This document shows positions 48,806 through 60,577 of a stretch of 64,000 nucleotides of DNA, in pieces. The notes below the pieces were generated by a model. That model did not search any database. It was not told the DNA's origin and was given only the letters and a program-made list of their open reading frames with translations. This DNA comes from Stegostoma tigrinum (Eukaryota): contig NC_081396.1 in assembly GCF_030684315.1 (NCBI RefSeq), positions 3,286,001 to 3,350,000 of the forward strand. The letters are read 5' to 3'. Every line of letters begins with the position of its first letter. Within the stretch, counting starts at the first letter, position 1. A program made the position numbers and the translations under genes.

Positions 48806-51800
48806 AGAGACAGACAGATTTTCATTGTTCATTTACCAGGTCTACATTTCCCAATCATGAAAGTTGTGTGAATGATCAATTGCCTTGTCCTTTCTATGAT
48901 TGCTCTTGTGGAAGGAAGTTCACTGCAATTGATCATCTCATACTACCTCAGATTCGCCATGTGCCCAAAGAATTTAAAAGTGACTGATCCTCAGAAGTGA
49001 CTGTATAAGTTGGACTTACAGGATTACAATAAAACAATCAGAATAAAAAGATGATGGAGGAATATGAAGAGTCTTTTATGACGTGCTGGGTTGCGAGACT
49101 TGGAGTGAACGCTTTCTGACTGATCCCTCCCTGACATGATACAAATCTGATGTGTCTGAAAGGATATTTGTTCTTTGCAAGCCAATAAATTTCAATTATT
49201 TCAACATTAAAGTAAAGTTTCCAGGGCAGTGGCCAACATTAGAGTAACGTTTCCAGGACAGATGTCAACACTGACTTCTGAGTCCATGAATTGCCTTGAA
49301 TTGAGAAACGAAATGGGTGAGGCAGGGCCCTTCTTATCGTCTGATGCTGCCATGCCACAGAATCTTGACTGATAATTCTATGTTCTTCCTATTTGAAAAC
49401 CAGTTGGAAGACATAGATAATATAATGTTTGCAGTGGCTGCCCTCATGGGAGAGACTTCAATGTGCATCACAATACAAGTAATGAAAGGCAAATTGCTGC
49501 CCAGTGTGAAACAAAAATTGGTCCACACATTCGTTGATTATACTTGTACCTGTGATTCGAAATTGCTGTCAACAGAAGCTATCTTTGCCCTTTGCTAATT
49601 ATCGATGGGGATGTGTGTACCGTTGCTTTCTTCCAATTTTCTTGACCTTACAAAGCACATATTTACAGTTATGCTTGGACGGGAGTGGTAGGCCCAGAAA
49701 TAACGTGAAAAAGCGGCGATATCGTTTAGCATAGAGATCAATTTCAGTTGGTTGCGTTGTCTTTCATTTGCTGCCCCGTCCTTCTTAGTGGGAGAGGTCC
49801 TGGGCTCGAAATTTGCTGGGGATGGAGTCTGGCCGTGTTTCGAGAGTGGAACCAGCAGAGAACCAACAACGGTCCCACTGCATTCGAAGTAAAGGAGTGA
49901 ATATTGCATTTGATAAATGGGATGCCAAACAAGTGCATTCCATCGTGCTGAATGGTGCAAAGCTTCTTCAGCGCGACTGAAGCTTCACTCGTCCAGAAAA
50001 GTGAATAGTATCCCATCACACTTCTGTCTCGTGCCTTCTTGGTGAGTAGGCGTTTGGGGATAGCAGGTAAATTCCTTGCCGAAAATGTCTGGCCTCAGAC
50101 CTTTTCTTGGTACCATATCATTTGCATCGTAAATCATATTCATTTTTATTTTAAATGACAGCCCACAGCATGTTGATGATGTGGGATTCATCAATGATAA
50201 TAACATTACCAAGATAAGTATTTAAAGTCAGTCTTCTGAGAGATGGAATATATTGGGCACAAATGCGTTGTGAAACTTATTTTCCATTGTGAATGCAAGT
50301 CAGAATATTTATTCTCAGAAGAAGTTCATTGCAGCAGTGCCCAAAGGATCAGAGGACACGAGCTGTGAGTAGCTCTGTCATATTTGACCTCATGCCAATT
50401 ATCTGGAAGCTTAAACTGATAACGGGCAATTATCCGAATGCTGGAGGCCTCTGCAAATAAGCGGTCCTCCATTGACAATCAGAGACTTTGGTGAACTATA
50501 GTCAGCTGCAAATTCCGCAGGAACGATTCAAAAAATTAACATGTGCGCTTTAACTAACAAATTGACACCGAATTCACTGCAAAGCTCTAATTTCTCAGTC
50601 TGACATCCACTCCCTCTCATTCTGTCCTAGAACCTCAACTGATGTTGATCACCCCCACACTGTCACATAGCCATTCACTCTGGAATGCATGAGCGCATTC
50701 ACACAATAATACACATTCCAAGATAATCATTTACTCAGCTGGATATGTACTCTCGATTCCTTACAATCCATTCCCCTTCTGCCAATCTGCAGATGGCCCA
50801 TTTATATCTGGCCCTGACAGTACCTGTCACTATCATGGGATCCAACTCCCCAACACATGAGTTTAAGGCCTTGATCATTGAACACTCATCTCACCGAATC
50901 AAGCTGCGAACATTGCATCCCACCTCTCTTCTCATCCGTTGTTTACTGCCTGCCACTTTGCTAAACTGTGAGGTTTACATTGTGCATGATGCCCTCCTGC
51001 CAATTCATTGCTGTGATCACCTCCCACCCAAAACAGTCCCGCATACTGCTGACCTGTCAACTAGCCAGTCTGGCACTTGAGGCACCGACAATATTTCCAC
51101 TAAAACGACCCCTCACTTTACAAGTACCACTCAGTCAAGCTGGCTCCTCGGAACCATAGTCATCTGCCTGGATTCTAAACTGCCCAGCTACATGCATGCC
51201 AGCTCATGCAGCAGCCACCCAATACATCAAAGCCGACCAGCTCACACTCTTTCCCCTCACTGTCTCACCACCTGAGAACATCAGGCATGCTCCATAATGT
51301 GGCCACAGAGTTATAGAGTCATGCAGTGTAGAAAACGCCCCTTCAGTCCAAATCACCAAGGCCGACAGCATTCACAAATTAAAGTAAACCCATTTGCCTA
51401 CATTTGGTGCAAGTGTCTCCAAAGCTGTTCGTCTACTTGCCGAAATGTCTTTTCAATGTGATAGCTGTACCTGCATCTATTACTTCCTCTGCCAGTTCAT
51501 TCCACACACCAACCACCCTCTGTTTGAAAAAGTTCCCCACGGGTCCCCTTTCAAGCTATCTCTGTTAACTTAAAACTATGGCATTTAGTTTTGATCTCCT
51601 CTGCAATGGAAAGAAAGAGTAACCTTTGCTATTCCCCTTTTCTATTTCCCTCATGATTATACAAAACTTTATAAAGCCACATATACCCTTTTATAAATCT
51701 TCTAAAGTCACGAAATTCAAAGAAACATCCAAAGCAAACAACCACTTTCCATCTCTCAAAACTTCAAGTCTCAGTTACATCCGGCAAATATTTTCTGTAC

Positions 51801-51885
51801 TCTTTCTCAATTCCCAAGATTATTCATGCAGCAGGGCAACAAAACCTAAACACTGTACTCCAAAAGTGGCCTCATTAATGTCGGG

Positions 51886-52042
51886 ATAATAAAATATGAG
51901 CTGGATGAACACAGCAGGCCCAGCAGCATCTCAGGAGCACAAAAGCTGACGTTTCGGGCCTCGACCTTTCATCCCTGCTGTGTTCATCCAGCCTCACATT
52001 TTATTATCTTGGATTCTCCAGCATCTGCAGTTCCCATTATCA
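51886..52042. mobile_element. Short Penelope-like inverted insertion with 14-15 bp TSD, nested in a minus-strand CR1 3' fragment (~51310-52400)
   Basis: TSD CTCATTAATGTCGG(G) at 51871-85 and 52043-57; inverted terminal segments of the 17.5 kb family. Confidence 0.88.
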
Positions 52043-53823
52043 CTCATTAATGTCGGGTACAGCCAATTGACTGTTGATTCTTATACTCAACGCTCGAACC
52101 AATGAACAAAAGCATGCCAAAAGCCTTCATCACTACTCTATCCGTGATACCTCTTGCAAGGAACGATGTACCTGATCCCGAACGTCCCTCTGTTTGACAA
52201 CAATCCCCAGTGCCCGACAAGGAACTGTGTAATTCATGCGCTGGTTTGCCTCATCAAAATACAATACCACTCATTCATCTCAGTTGGACTCTATCTGTCA
52301 CTCCTCAGCCAATTGATCCTGCTGATCAAGATCCCTTTGAACATTTAAAAAAAGCTCTTCATCGACCACGTTATGACCCATTTTGTTGACATCACAAACT
52401 TGCTAAACATTCATTGTTTTCAAGTTTCAAGGCCGAATATTGTGTCTTGTTCATATTTTCCCTCATAACCACGCTTTCCTTTAACAATTTTTTGAAAAAA
52501 AATCATGTTTTAGCCTCAATCACTTCCTTTGGCAGAATATTCAAGAGGTTCCCCACGCTCCAGGTGAACAGTAAACAAATGAGTAAAATTTTATGGGGTG
52601 TTAGGAAGACTGTTGCACTCAAGAAATATCATGATCTCATGAATGGACAAACATTCTTAATGTGCCAAGAGACCTTCATCGGCCTCTAATCAGTATCCTC
52701 ACATTTTCTCTCGGCAGCACGTCCCAAAACTGTTGACGTTGAGGACACCGGACGGACAGGAAAGCAAGTGCTTCACTTGAAACTTCACCTCCAAATCACA
52801 GTTGGTTTCACTTGCAAATATTTCTCTGTCCCTTTCCTATTTCAGGACCACAATTATTAAAATCACTTTCTAACAGCACTGTAGACCTACAAATGCCACT
52901 TGAATCGTAGCAATTCAAGTCGGCTGGTGCTTACAAAGTTCGCAAGGAGATGTAAGAGTTCTGACACTTCCAGGTAAGTCTAGAGACACAAATAACTATT
53001 CGACGGATTGAAATATATTTGAGGGACTTGTTGAGTGCCCATTCAGGGACCACGTGCCAAACAGCATCCTTCTGTGTTAATCCGCTCTGTTTTCACTGAA
53101 TTAACAGAACTGTCTCTACATTACTTAATGGAAATGAAGGTTTCCTCATTTTAAACATTGTAACCATATGTTAATATTGCCTGGAATAACGAAATATAGT
53201 GTTTCATTAAAATGGTCTGACGAACTTGATTGTCCTGTTAGAACTGGAAATTGTCAGAGATTTAAAGTTGATTCTCATCATACTATTTGTCCTGAAACCA
53301 CGGCTGCAGATTGGGTTACTCACTTTCAATGATTATCTGATACTAAATATCACTGAACATTCTTAATTTACTTTAACACATTTTCTCGATGAACATCTGA
53401 AGTTGTTCCACTGACCTCGAGCATGTTTTTACCGAAAAATCAAAACAAACTGAATGTGAGAAGCCTGAAATAAAACCACAAATTACTGAAGAATCTCAGC
53501 CGGTCTGACAAATTCAGAGGAGAGAAAACGCAAAGATAATTTTTCGAGCACTCTTTAGCAAATTATGTTCATGTTTTCTAGTATGGGAACAAACATCAAT
53601 TCAGTTCGGCTTTGTGTAAGTTTGTTTGGCTTCTGCTGGAAAACGGATGCTTCCGAGACGTAATGGACAAACTGAGGTATAAACGAAAGGTTGTCTGAAA
53701 ATCTGCCACCATTTGCTCTCAGTGTTGGATTCAGCGGAAAATTCATCCTCCTGAACAGTCAAACTATTCTGATTAGGTACTTTGTTGGTTTGATAAAAAA
53801 TAAAACAGGCTCAACATTGTCAC

Positions 53824-54303
53824 GATAGTAAAATGTGAGGCTGGATGAACACAGCAGGCCAAGCAGCATCTCAGGAGCACAAAAGCTGACGTTTCGGGCC
53901 TAGACCCTTCATCAGAGAGGGGGATGGGGGGAGGGAACTGGAATAAATAGGGAGAGAGGGGGAGGCGGACCGAAGATGGAGAGTAAAGAAGACAGGTGGA
54001 GAAGGTGTGGGTGGGGAGGTAGGGAGGGGATAGGTCAGTCCAGGGAAGACGGACAGGTCAAGGAGGTGGGATGAGGTTAGTAGGTAGCTGGGGGTGCGGC
54101 TTGGGGTGGGAGGAAGGGATGGGTGAGAGGAAGAACCGGTTAGGGAGGCAGAGACAGGTTGGACTGGTTTTGGGATGCAGTGGGTGGGGGGGAAGAGCTG
54201 GGCTGGTTGTGTGGTGCAGTGGGGGGAGGGGATGAACTGGGCTGGTTTAGGGATGCAGTGGGGGAAGGGGAGATTTTGAAACTGGTGAAGTCCACATTGT
54301 GTC
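53824..54303 (-). mobile_element. Young Penelope-like 3' fragment with 14-bp TSD in the J-C intron
   Basis: Nearly identical to 17524-17985. TSD CTCAACATTGTCAC at 53810-23 and 54304-17. Hammerhead motif at 53886-53915. Confidence 0.92.
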
Positions 54304-57300
54304 CTCAACATTGTCACCTCAAGTATTCTTTGGGGTCTATTCATACGAGGATTTTTAAATTAATATTATTGATAGATGATTAAGTCAACAACTGGAATTT
54401 CTGTTGGGAGTAACTGAATTAACCCCACTCGCATCACCCAAATCCCAAGAGCAAATATTGCTTTTATTTAAATTAAATCGATCTCCCCCAACGCCCCACC
54501 CAATCCCAGCTGCTGTTAAGACAGGTTTTGAATCAGGACTCTATTTCTGAAATTCTGAAAACACCGACAGAAATTACAGTGTTTTTTATTCTCCGATTTA
54601 ACCCATTCAGCGGTGGTATTATGTACCTCTGTAACAGATTGGAATTGAACACGGGCCACATATCTCAAATTCAGGGTCACCACCACTGCACTGCAAGAGA
54701 CCAGAATATAAAAGCTCGACACTATCTTGGACAATAGAGCCCACTTGTTTGACAGTACATAAACAATGTTATCTATTAACTCCTTTCAGCAACCAGGCAT
54801 AGTTATAGAGTCTTTTCACGAATTTCAAAAATTATTCAAACGCTCTTTGATAGTCCTTCTGAATTAGACAATTTCGACAAGAACTACTGGAATAAAACTG
54901 AAATAAACTGGAATTGCATTTCGATAAATACAGTGCCACTAGATTTTAACCTTGGGGAAGTCCCTTTCCAACAGAATCATGGGTGTTACTGCACCAGACT
55001 ATCCGCTATAACTTAATAAAGAAAAATATTTTGAAGTGTACTTTTATCGTTAACAGTCGCACGAACAGCCCACGATAGCTACTCCAAGAAGAAGATGCAA
55101 AATAAATTCTGATTCTACGTTGTGCCACCTAGCTTGTCACGGAAAGCTGAGTGAGGAATAAAATTTACAACACGCTATTTCCACTGCCTCACTCAATCAA
55201 TCAGTTCACTCAATCAAAAAGCTCCCAAGGCAGACACATTATTGCTAAAAATCGATTTCAAAAATCCTGCAGTACTTTCTGAATTATTTGCTCTGATTTT
55301 AGCGATTTGGTCAGGGTTTTCATTTCTGAGGCGCCAATCAAATGTTATTTTACCGGCAGGTCAAAGCATTTTTGAAGCAATAGATGAAATTCAACTGTTT
55401 CAAATACAGCAGACAGAACCAGACAATTTACAACGTTCAAGACCACAGATTCACTCTAATTTAACTTTCATAAAATAAACTAGTCAGAGGTAAGCAATAA
55501 TGTGTATGGGAGTACATTCAAATCGATCAGAGATTACATTCTCCTTTAATAAACTTCATAAATCATCATGATAAACCAAATTTTGAGGTGAGAAATTTCA
55601 ACAATTTAAGCAAAGCTCAAGAGGAAATAGATAATACTCGAAATTAATTTTACGTATTCTTAAAAGAGTTCTTTAAATTTGGAGATTTTGCACGCACTGT
55701 ACAAAATCAATTTGCAATATATTGTGGAAAACAGTTTCTATTGAATAACTTAAGGTAAATATTTCCTGTCAAGGTTGCTTTGCAACGGATAGTTAGTTTT
55801 CTTATGAACTGCTTTGCAATGAATGATAAGTCTTTAACATGTCTGAATTTAGAATATGTTTCTGCCGGGAGTTGCCTACTTTACCTGATGTCGAAATAAA
55901 TGATCATCACACTTAACTAATGTGAACAACATTCTTCAGATGGCTAAGTTGCATCAGTTGGTCAAGTATATTAATTAAAGTAAATATTACTCAATTGTAT
56001 TGCTTGAAATATGTAATGTGTTCTAATCCACTGCAGTTAATTCTTCTGCAAAATGGTAAACTCTGCAGATGCCCCAACGCATTGATATATAACACATTCT
56101 CTGCATTTGCAGCAAGTGTCCACACGATGAGTTCATGCTTGGACAATTTTAATTCATACGAACTCTAACCTTGGCCACATAATCCCTGACATCAGTTGCC
56201 TCCAAATGAGTGACTTTTGAGTTGATATGACGTTGTAAAACGAAACTCTATATATTTACACAACCTGAATTGGGAAAACATAGAACACCGTGCCAAATAT
56301 TTCGCCCACTTAAAATTTGTTTTTATTCCCGCAAACATAGCTTAATCAGGGATATAACAATTAATTAAAACAAGTTGCTTGTGAAAATGATCAAAATAGT
56401 GAACTAGATCTGTTCTTCATCCAAGGGTTTGGAAGAATTAATGATTAGCCTTTGCCAATTATCTTTCCTAGCCAGAAATCTTGTTTGTAATATCTGACAG
56501 AATTGAAAGGTGATTGTTGAGCAACGTTATGGCATTTTTGCTCAATATCAATAATGAATAGAACAGTATATTATTGAAATTCTGTTCGTCTTTCTCTGTG
56601 ACTTCTACACGATGCAAGGAAAGATCTTACGATTGAAATAGCTGATTGCAAAACATGGAATAGGTTATACTGCAACGATTACATATCAGTAAAAAGTGTT
56701 CCACAGGTTATCTGTTTTTCCTCAATTTCCAAACCTTTGCCACCTGCCTTTCACCTAATATTTGGCTTTAGGAAATTTCAACTCGAATGCGGGTTTCATT
56801 AGATTGGGAAACTGGAGAGTGCCATTTCGACAACCATGTAAACAATGAGAATTAGATGTAGAAATCAGAAATCACTTCACAAGTATTACGACTTTGTTGC
56901 CCCCAAGCATTTTCTCTTTTCAACAGAAGAAAAATTGGCAAATCACAACATTAAGGGAGAGGCGTGTGTTTGCAGCAGAAATAGCTCCGCAGGCATTTTC
57001 AGCAGAATTGTAACATCACAGAAGAAATCTCAAATTGGGATCCATAAATGCTGCTCACCATTAACCAGCTAATCATTAATTTATATACAAATAAGAAGCC
57101 GGAGCAGCAGCCTTGATTGCAAGGTGACGTATGTAACAATACATAAAGCAAAGCACATTTTAAAAATAAAATTTGAGCTGCATTTCAATTTATTTAAACC
57201 TGTTTATCAATTCTGTCGTGTAAATTGTGAGCACTGCGCAGCAGAGCAGCTAGATTCATCTGTCGATTCATGACATTAATGTCAAAACAAGATTAGTTTA

Positions 57301-57480
57301 ATGAACGCATATTAGCACATTTACATTGTGCATTATATTAACGTTATTCTCAGTTGTGAAAGTTGGTCAATTCGACATTTTAAGATGTAAGTTCCAGATT
57401 GCATTTATCTGAGGCTAGTAAGAGTAGATTTTACTTATTTTACATTTAGAATGATTAAAAAAATCAATACACCAAAATAT

Positions 57481-57701
57481 CGAGGTGTAGAGCAGGATGA
57501 ACACAGCAGGCTAAGAAGCATCATAGGAGCAGGACAGCTGATGTTTCGGGCCAAGACCCTTCTTCAGGAATTTGAAGAAGGGTCCAGGCCAGAAACATCC
57601 GCTTTCCTGCTCCTATGATGCTGCTTGGCCTACTGTGTTCATCCAGCTCTGCACCTTGTTATCTCAGATTGCCCAGTATCCGCAGTTCCTACTATCTCTG
57701 A
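57481..57701. mobile_element. Older palindromic Penelope-derived element in the J-C intron
   Basis: Arms 57482-57566 and 57573-57658 are reverse complements around a short loop; CUGAAGA...GAAAC variant core; decayed TSD tacaccaaaatat/tgcactaaaatgt. Confidence 0.82.
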
Positions 57702-57991
57702 CTGCACTAAAATGTTGAATTTTTATGCCTTGAACCTTCCGTTTGTCTATGTTAAGTCTGTTTTCAGACAGTTGTAAATGGATATAATGATTTCAATCAA
57801 CCAATGGCGCCAAATGAGTTCAACAAAAGCAGAAAAGATGCAGGAAAAGCAAAGAACTTCGCAAATATTAGCAATTAATGGACAAGATTATCAACAGGGA
57901 AATAAAGAAAACATCAATTACAGAAAATCATGAAACCCATTTAAAACCCAGCTCTATTCCACAAAGTTATTGAAAATCCAAACTTCTCAAT

Positions 57992-58240
57992 GCAACAGAG
58001 TCAAGTAAAACAGAATCAGAATTCAACATGCTCAAAACAACAAATTCAACGAAAGAGAAAAAGAATGCAATCAAACTAATTCAACAAAATCAAATAAAAC
58101 AAATTCAGAATCCGAACAACTCAATTCAACAGAATAAAGTAAAACAAACTCAGAATACAATTAACTGAAATCAACTGATTGAAATTATTGACAATCATTT
58201 TAGTTGTTCAAACCTATCAACTCAAATCAACAGAATGAAA
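57992..58240 (+). repeat. Degenerate ~45-bp A/C-rich minisatellite 3' of JH
   Basis: Units start at 57992, 58081, 58126 and 58171 (tcaacagaatnaagtaaaacaaantcagaat...). Confidence 0.7.
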
Positions 58241-58651
58241 TGTCAAGAGAGAATCAAACGTGTTTATCATCATGAAATCATGAAAATTAACATTCTCAAC
58301 CACAAAGTACAAGCACAACACAAATATAACATGTAGGAGAAATATATTGAAGAAATTGACAATAACGTTTCAGCATATTTTGTTAATGTTTGTTTTTTGA
58401 CATTTTTAAATTCGTAAAGTTTGTTCTCACTGGCATTAATCATTGTTTAAACGTTGTATTGTTTAAGGCACTTTTTTTTTCAATTACCCCAGCTAAACAC
58501 TATTGCCATCTGATAAAAATGAGAGAACCGCTGAATAACTGAATCACTCACCAGCACTTTGTTTATTTCCTGGGACTTAAATGAATTTTATAATTACTTT
58601 GCAGAAAATACAATTGGAACAAAACTAAACTCAGGACAGAATCCGTGTATC

Positions 58652-58659
58652 ATTTGCAT
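58652..58659 (-). promoter_or_regulatory. Perfect octamer ATGCAAAT just 3' of JH (candidate intronic enhancer element)
   Basis: + strand ATTTGCAT, ~70 nt into the J-C intron. The motif is seen directly; the function is inferred. Confidence 0.4.
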
Positions 58660-58727
58660 CATGAATTAATCAAATGAATAGACAGTTAACAAACATAACC
58701 GTTGCTAAGAACGTTCAGGTTTCTTAC

Positions 58728-58774
58728 CTGAAGTCACAGTCACCATGGTTCCTTGTCCCCAGTATCCAAGTCGT
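58728..58774 (-). CDS. IGHJ: JH segment (RLGYWGQGTMVTVTS + G)
   Basis: WGQG motif, VTVTS end, donor CAG|GTAAGA at 58727, preceded by an RSS. Confidence 0.96.
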
Positions 58775-58813
58775 CACAATGTTACATTCCATGGAGTGGG
58801 TCACACAGTAACT
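58775..58813 (+). promoter_or_regulatory. JH 5' RSS, 23-bp spacer
   Basis: + strand CACAATG (58775-81) - 23 nt - ACAGTAACT (58805-13). Confidence 0.85.
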
Positions 58814-59140
58814 GTCTCTGCACAAAACAAACAAAAACTATCATTATTTTAAATCATCATAACTAGAGGCAAAATAAAATAACAACAAATCTTCATTACG
58901 TTATAATTGTGCAAATGGTGTCTGCTCATTCTTGATAACAGATTCTAATATTGTACACTCCTAAGAATAACACATGAAGTGATTGTCAATATCACCAAAT
59001 AATTGTCAATAATTATCGCCGTTTTAACAAATTAAACCGTGGTTTTCGGCAATACCCCACAGAACTGATACTGCACTGAACATTCAGATAGTTTGTAAAA
59101 AGTAATTACTGACCCAGTTTCTAACAATGAGAGATGAACG

Positions 59141-59210
59141 TGTTTATGTATTGATCATTTTGGCTGTGCTGCCCCAGTAGGTCACTGTGAGATGCATGAT
59201 ATCAAATACT
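59141..59210 (-). other. DH2 segment (coding 59169-59182, ACCTACTGGGGCAG) with 12-RSS on both sides
   Basis: V-facing RSS on + strand: CACTGTG (59183-89) - 12 - TCAAATACT (59202-10). J-facing RSS on - strand: CACAGCC (59168-62) - 12 - ACATAAACA (59149-41). All three frames are open (TYWG/PTGA/LLGQ). Confidence 0.9.
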
Positions 59211-59520
59211 ATGGTGTGCTGTATCCCGTAAAATGCAGATTCCCATGTTCACTGAATCCTAAAAAAAAACTGGTTCAGGCTCCTCTAAAAATTATGCAGC
59301 GCAAAAATTTAATTTTACTTCACATTGTATTTTTAAAGGTGCTTGCAATATAATATCATATTTGGTGTACTTTTAACGTGTCGGTCTATCGGAATAAAGT
59401 AGAAGAATTGTGTTCATTCCTACAAATGAACTTTACTGGTCTGCATTTTAATTAAGTCTGATATTATTTGTCTCTCCTGCTATGGCCGTAGTCGCCAATT
59501 TGAACGAAACACTTGCCAGT

Positions 59521-59600
59521 GGTTTTTGAACGACGATGCCATTGTTCACATCACTGTGACCCACTGTAGTATCACAGTGATGTAAGCCCACACAGAAGCT
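59521..59600 (-). other. DH1 segment (coding 59559-59572, ATACTACAGTGGGT) with 5' 12-RSS and 3' 22-RSS
   Basis: V-facing RSS on + strand: CACAGTG (59573-79) - 12 - ACAGAAGCT (59592-600). J-facing RSS on - strand: CACAGTG (59558-52) - 22 - TCAAAAACC (59529-21). All three frames are open (ILQW/YYSG/TTVG). Confidence 0.95.
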
Positions 59601-59971
59601 GCCCTCATTGTTTGTTCCATATTCTGTCTCAATTTTGATGTGGAATAGAGATTTAGTACTGATCATTGTGGAATGAATGCCATAACTTGCATAATGCATT
59701 TCGCAGAGATTTCATGAGGATACAGATGAAATCAAATTAGCATAATGTTCAATTCTTTCATTTATGGAAATATTAGCAGTACGTACGCCATGCCTAAAAC
59801 TTCATACTTTTTTAAATTGCTTGTTTTGTAAGTTTTAATTGCTCATTTTCTCTGTAATAGTTTTGTCAGAAGCATTTTGAGTTCTACTTCGCATTATAGT
59901 TGTGAATGTCACATTGAAGACAAGTACTCACGATTAGTTTACAGGGGAATCTACAAAGTGTCTCCTCGTGC

Positions 59972-60010
59972 TGTTTGTGTACATGTCCAGCCATTGTTCC
60001 TCACTCTGTG
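59972..60010 (-). promoter_or_regulatory. VH 3' recombination signal sequence, 23-bp spacer
   Basis: CACAGAG (60010-60004) - 23 nt - ACACAAACA (59980-59972), compared with consensus CACAGTG/ACAAAAACC. Confidence 0.93.
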
Positions 60011-60315
60011 GTCTGTTGCACAGTAGTAGATGGCGGTGTCTTCGAACTTCAGGCTCTTCATGTCCAACGTGAAGATGTTGTTTGAAGTGTCTTTGGACGC
60101 ACTAAATCGATCTTTAATTGCTGGCGCATAGTAATTGGTAGATGAACTATAGTAGCTAACCAACCACTCCAGACCCTGTCCGGGAACCTGGCGGACCCAA
60201 GCCATGGTGTAGCTACCAAGATTGAACCCGCTGGTTTTGCAGGTCAGTGTCAGGGAGCCTCCAGGTTGGCTGTTCCCTGCCTCTGGCTGAGTCAAAGTAA
60301 CCTCCGACTGGACAC
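60011..60315 (-). CDS. IGHV: VH exon (end of leader + V domain), open and apparently functional
   Basis: Acceptor ttttctttttgaag at 60316. Translates [102 protein letters not shown], with canonical Cys, WVRQ, GLEW and YYC, and abuts an RSS heptamer. Confidence 0.98.
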
Positions 60316-60439
60316 CTTCAAAAAGAAAATAAAATATGAACAGTTTTACTGATGAAACGATTCCTACATCTTTTACATTCCAGGAGTAGGTGAACACGTA
60401 AATGGTAACAAACAGAAACTTGGAGAAAAAAAAACTCAC

Positions 60440-60488
60440 AGGATAAGAAAGTCAGAAACAAACTGAGAAAAATCGTCGACGTTGTCAT
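60440..60488 (-). CDS. IGHV: IgH leader exon ([16 protein letters not shown] + first nt of Cys)
   Basis: ATG at 60488, 16 hydrophobic signal-peptide codons + 1 nt, donor GTGAGT at 60439. A 124-bp intron leads to the V exon; the spliced product reads ...FLS-C-VQS|EVTL. Confidence 0.93.
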
Positions 60489-60577
60489 TCTGGTAACTTG
60501 GGAGAAAAGGTTCTGTCAAGAACTTTTTAAACAAACCCCAAATCAAGGAGTGTTGAATGAAGGTGCAGTGACCAGAA

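Noticed and set aside
48622-48987. ORFs spanning X runs
   Set aside because: Artefacts of the N gap.
32720-50127. Isolated perfect octamers (32720, 34607, 44376, 50120)
   Set aside because: Single hits, some inside LINEs; a few are expected by chance in AT-rich DNA.
54506-56746. muE2-like CAGCAGCTGG (54515-06) and muE5-like CAGGTGG (56746-40) in the J-C intron
   Set aside because: More than 2 kb apart and not clustered with other motifs; insufficient to call an enhancer.
57992-58240. CRISPR-like array
   Set aside because: Degenerate tandem units without unique spacers, in vertebrate intronic DNA.
59951-60439. 162-aa ORF as a single-exon V gene
   Set aside because: Its N-terminus is the leader intron (it starts at the GTG of the donor) and its C-terminus reads through the RSS.
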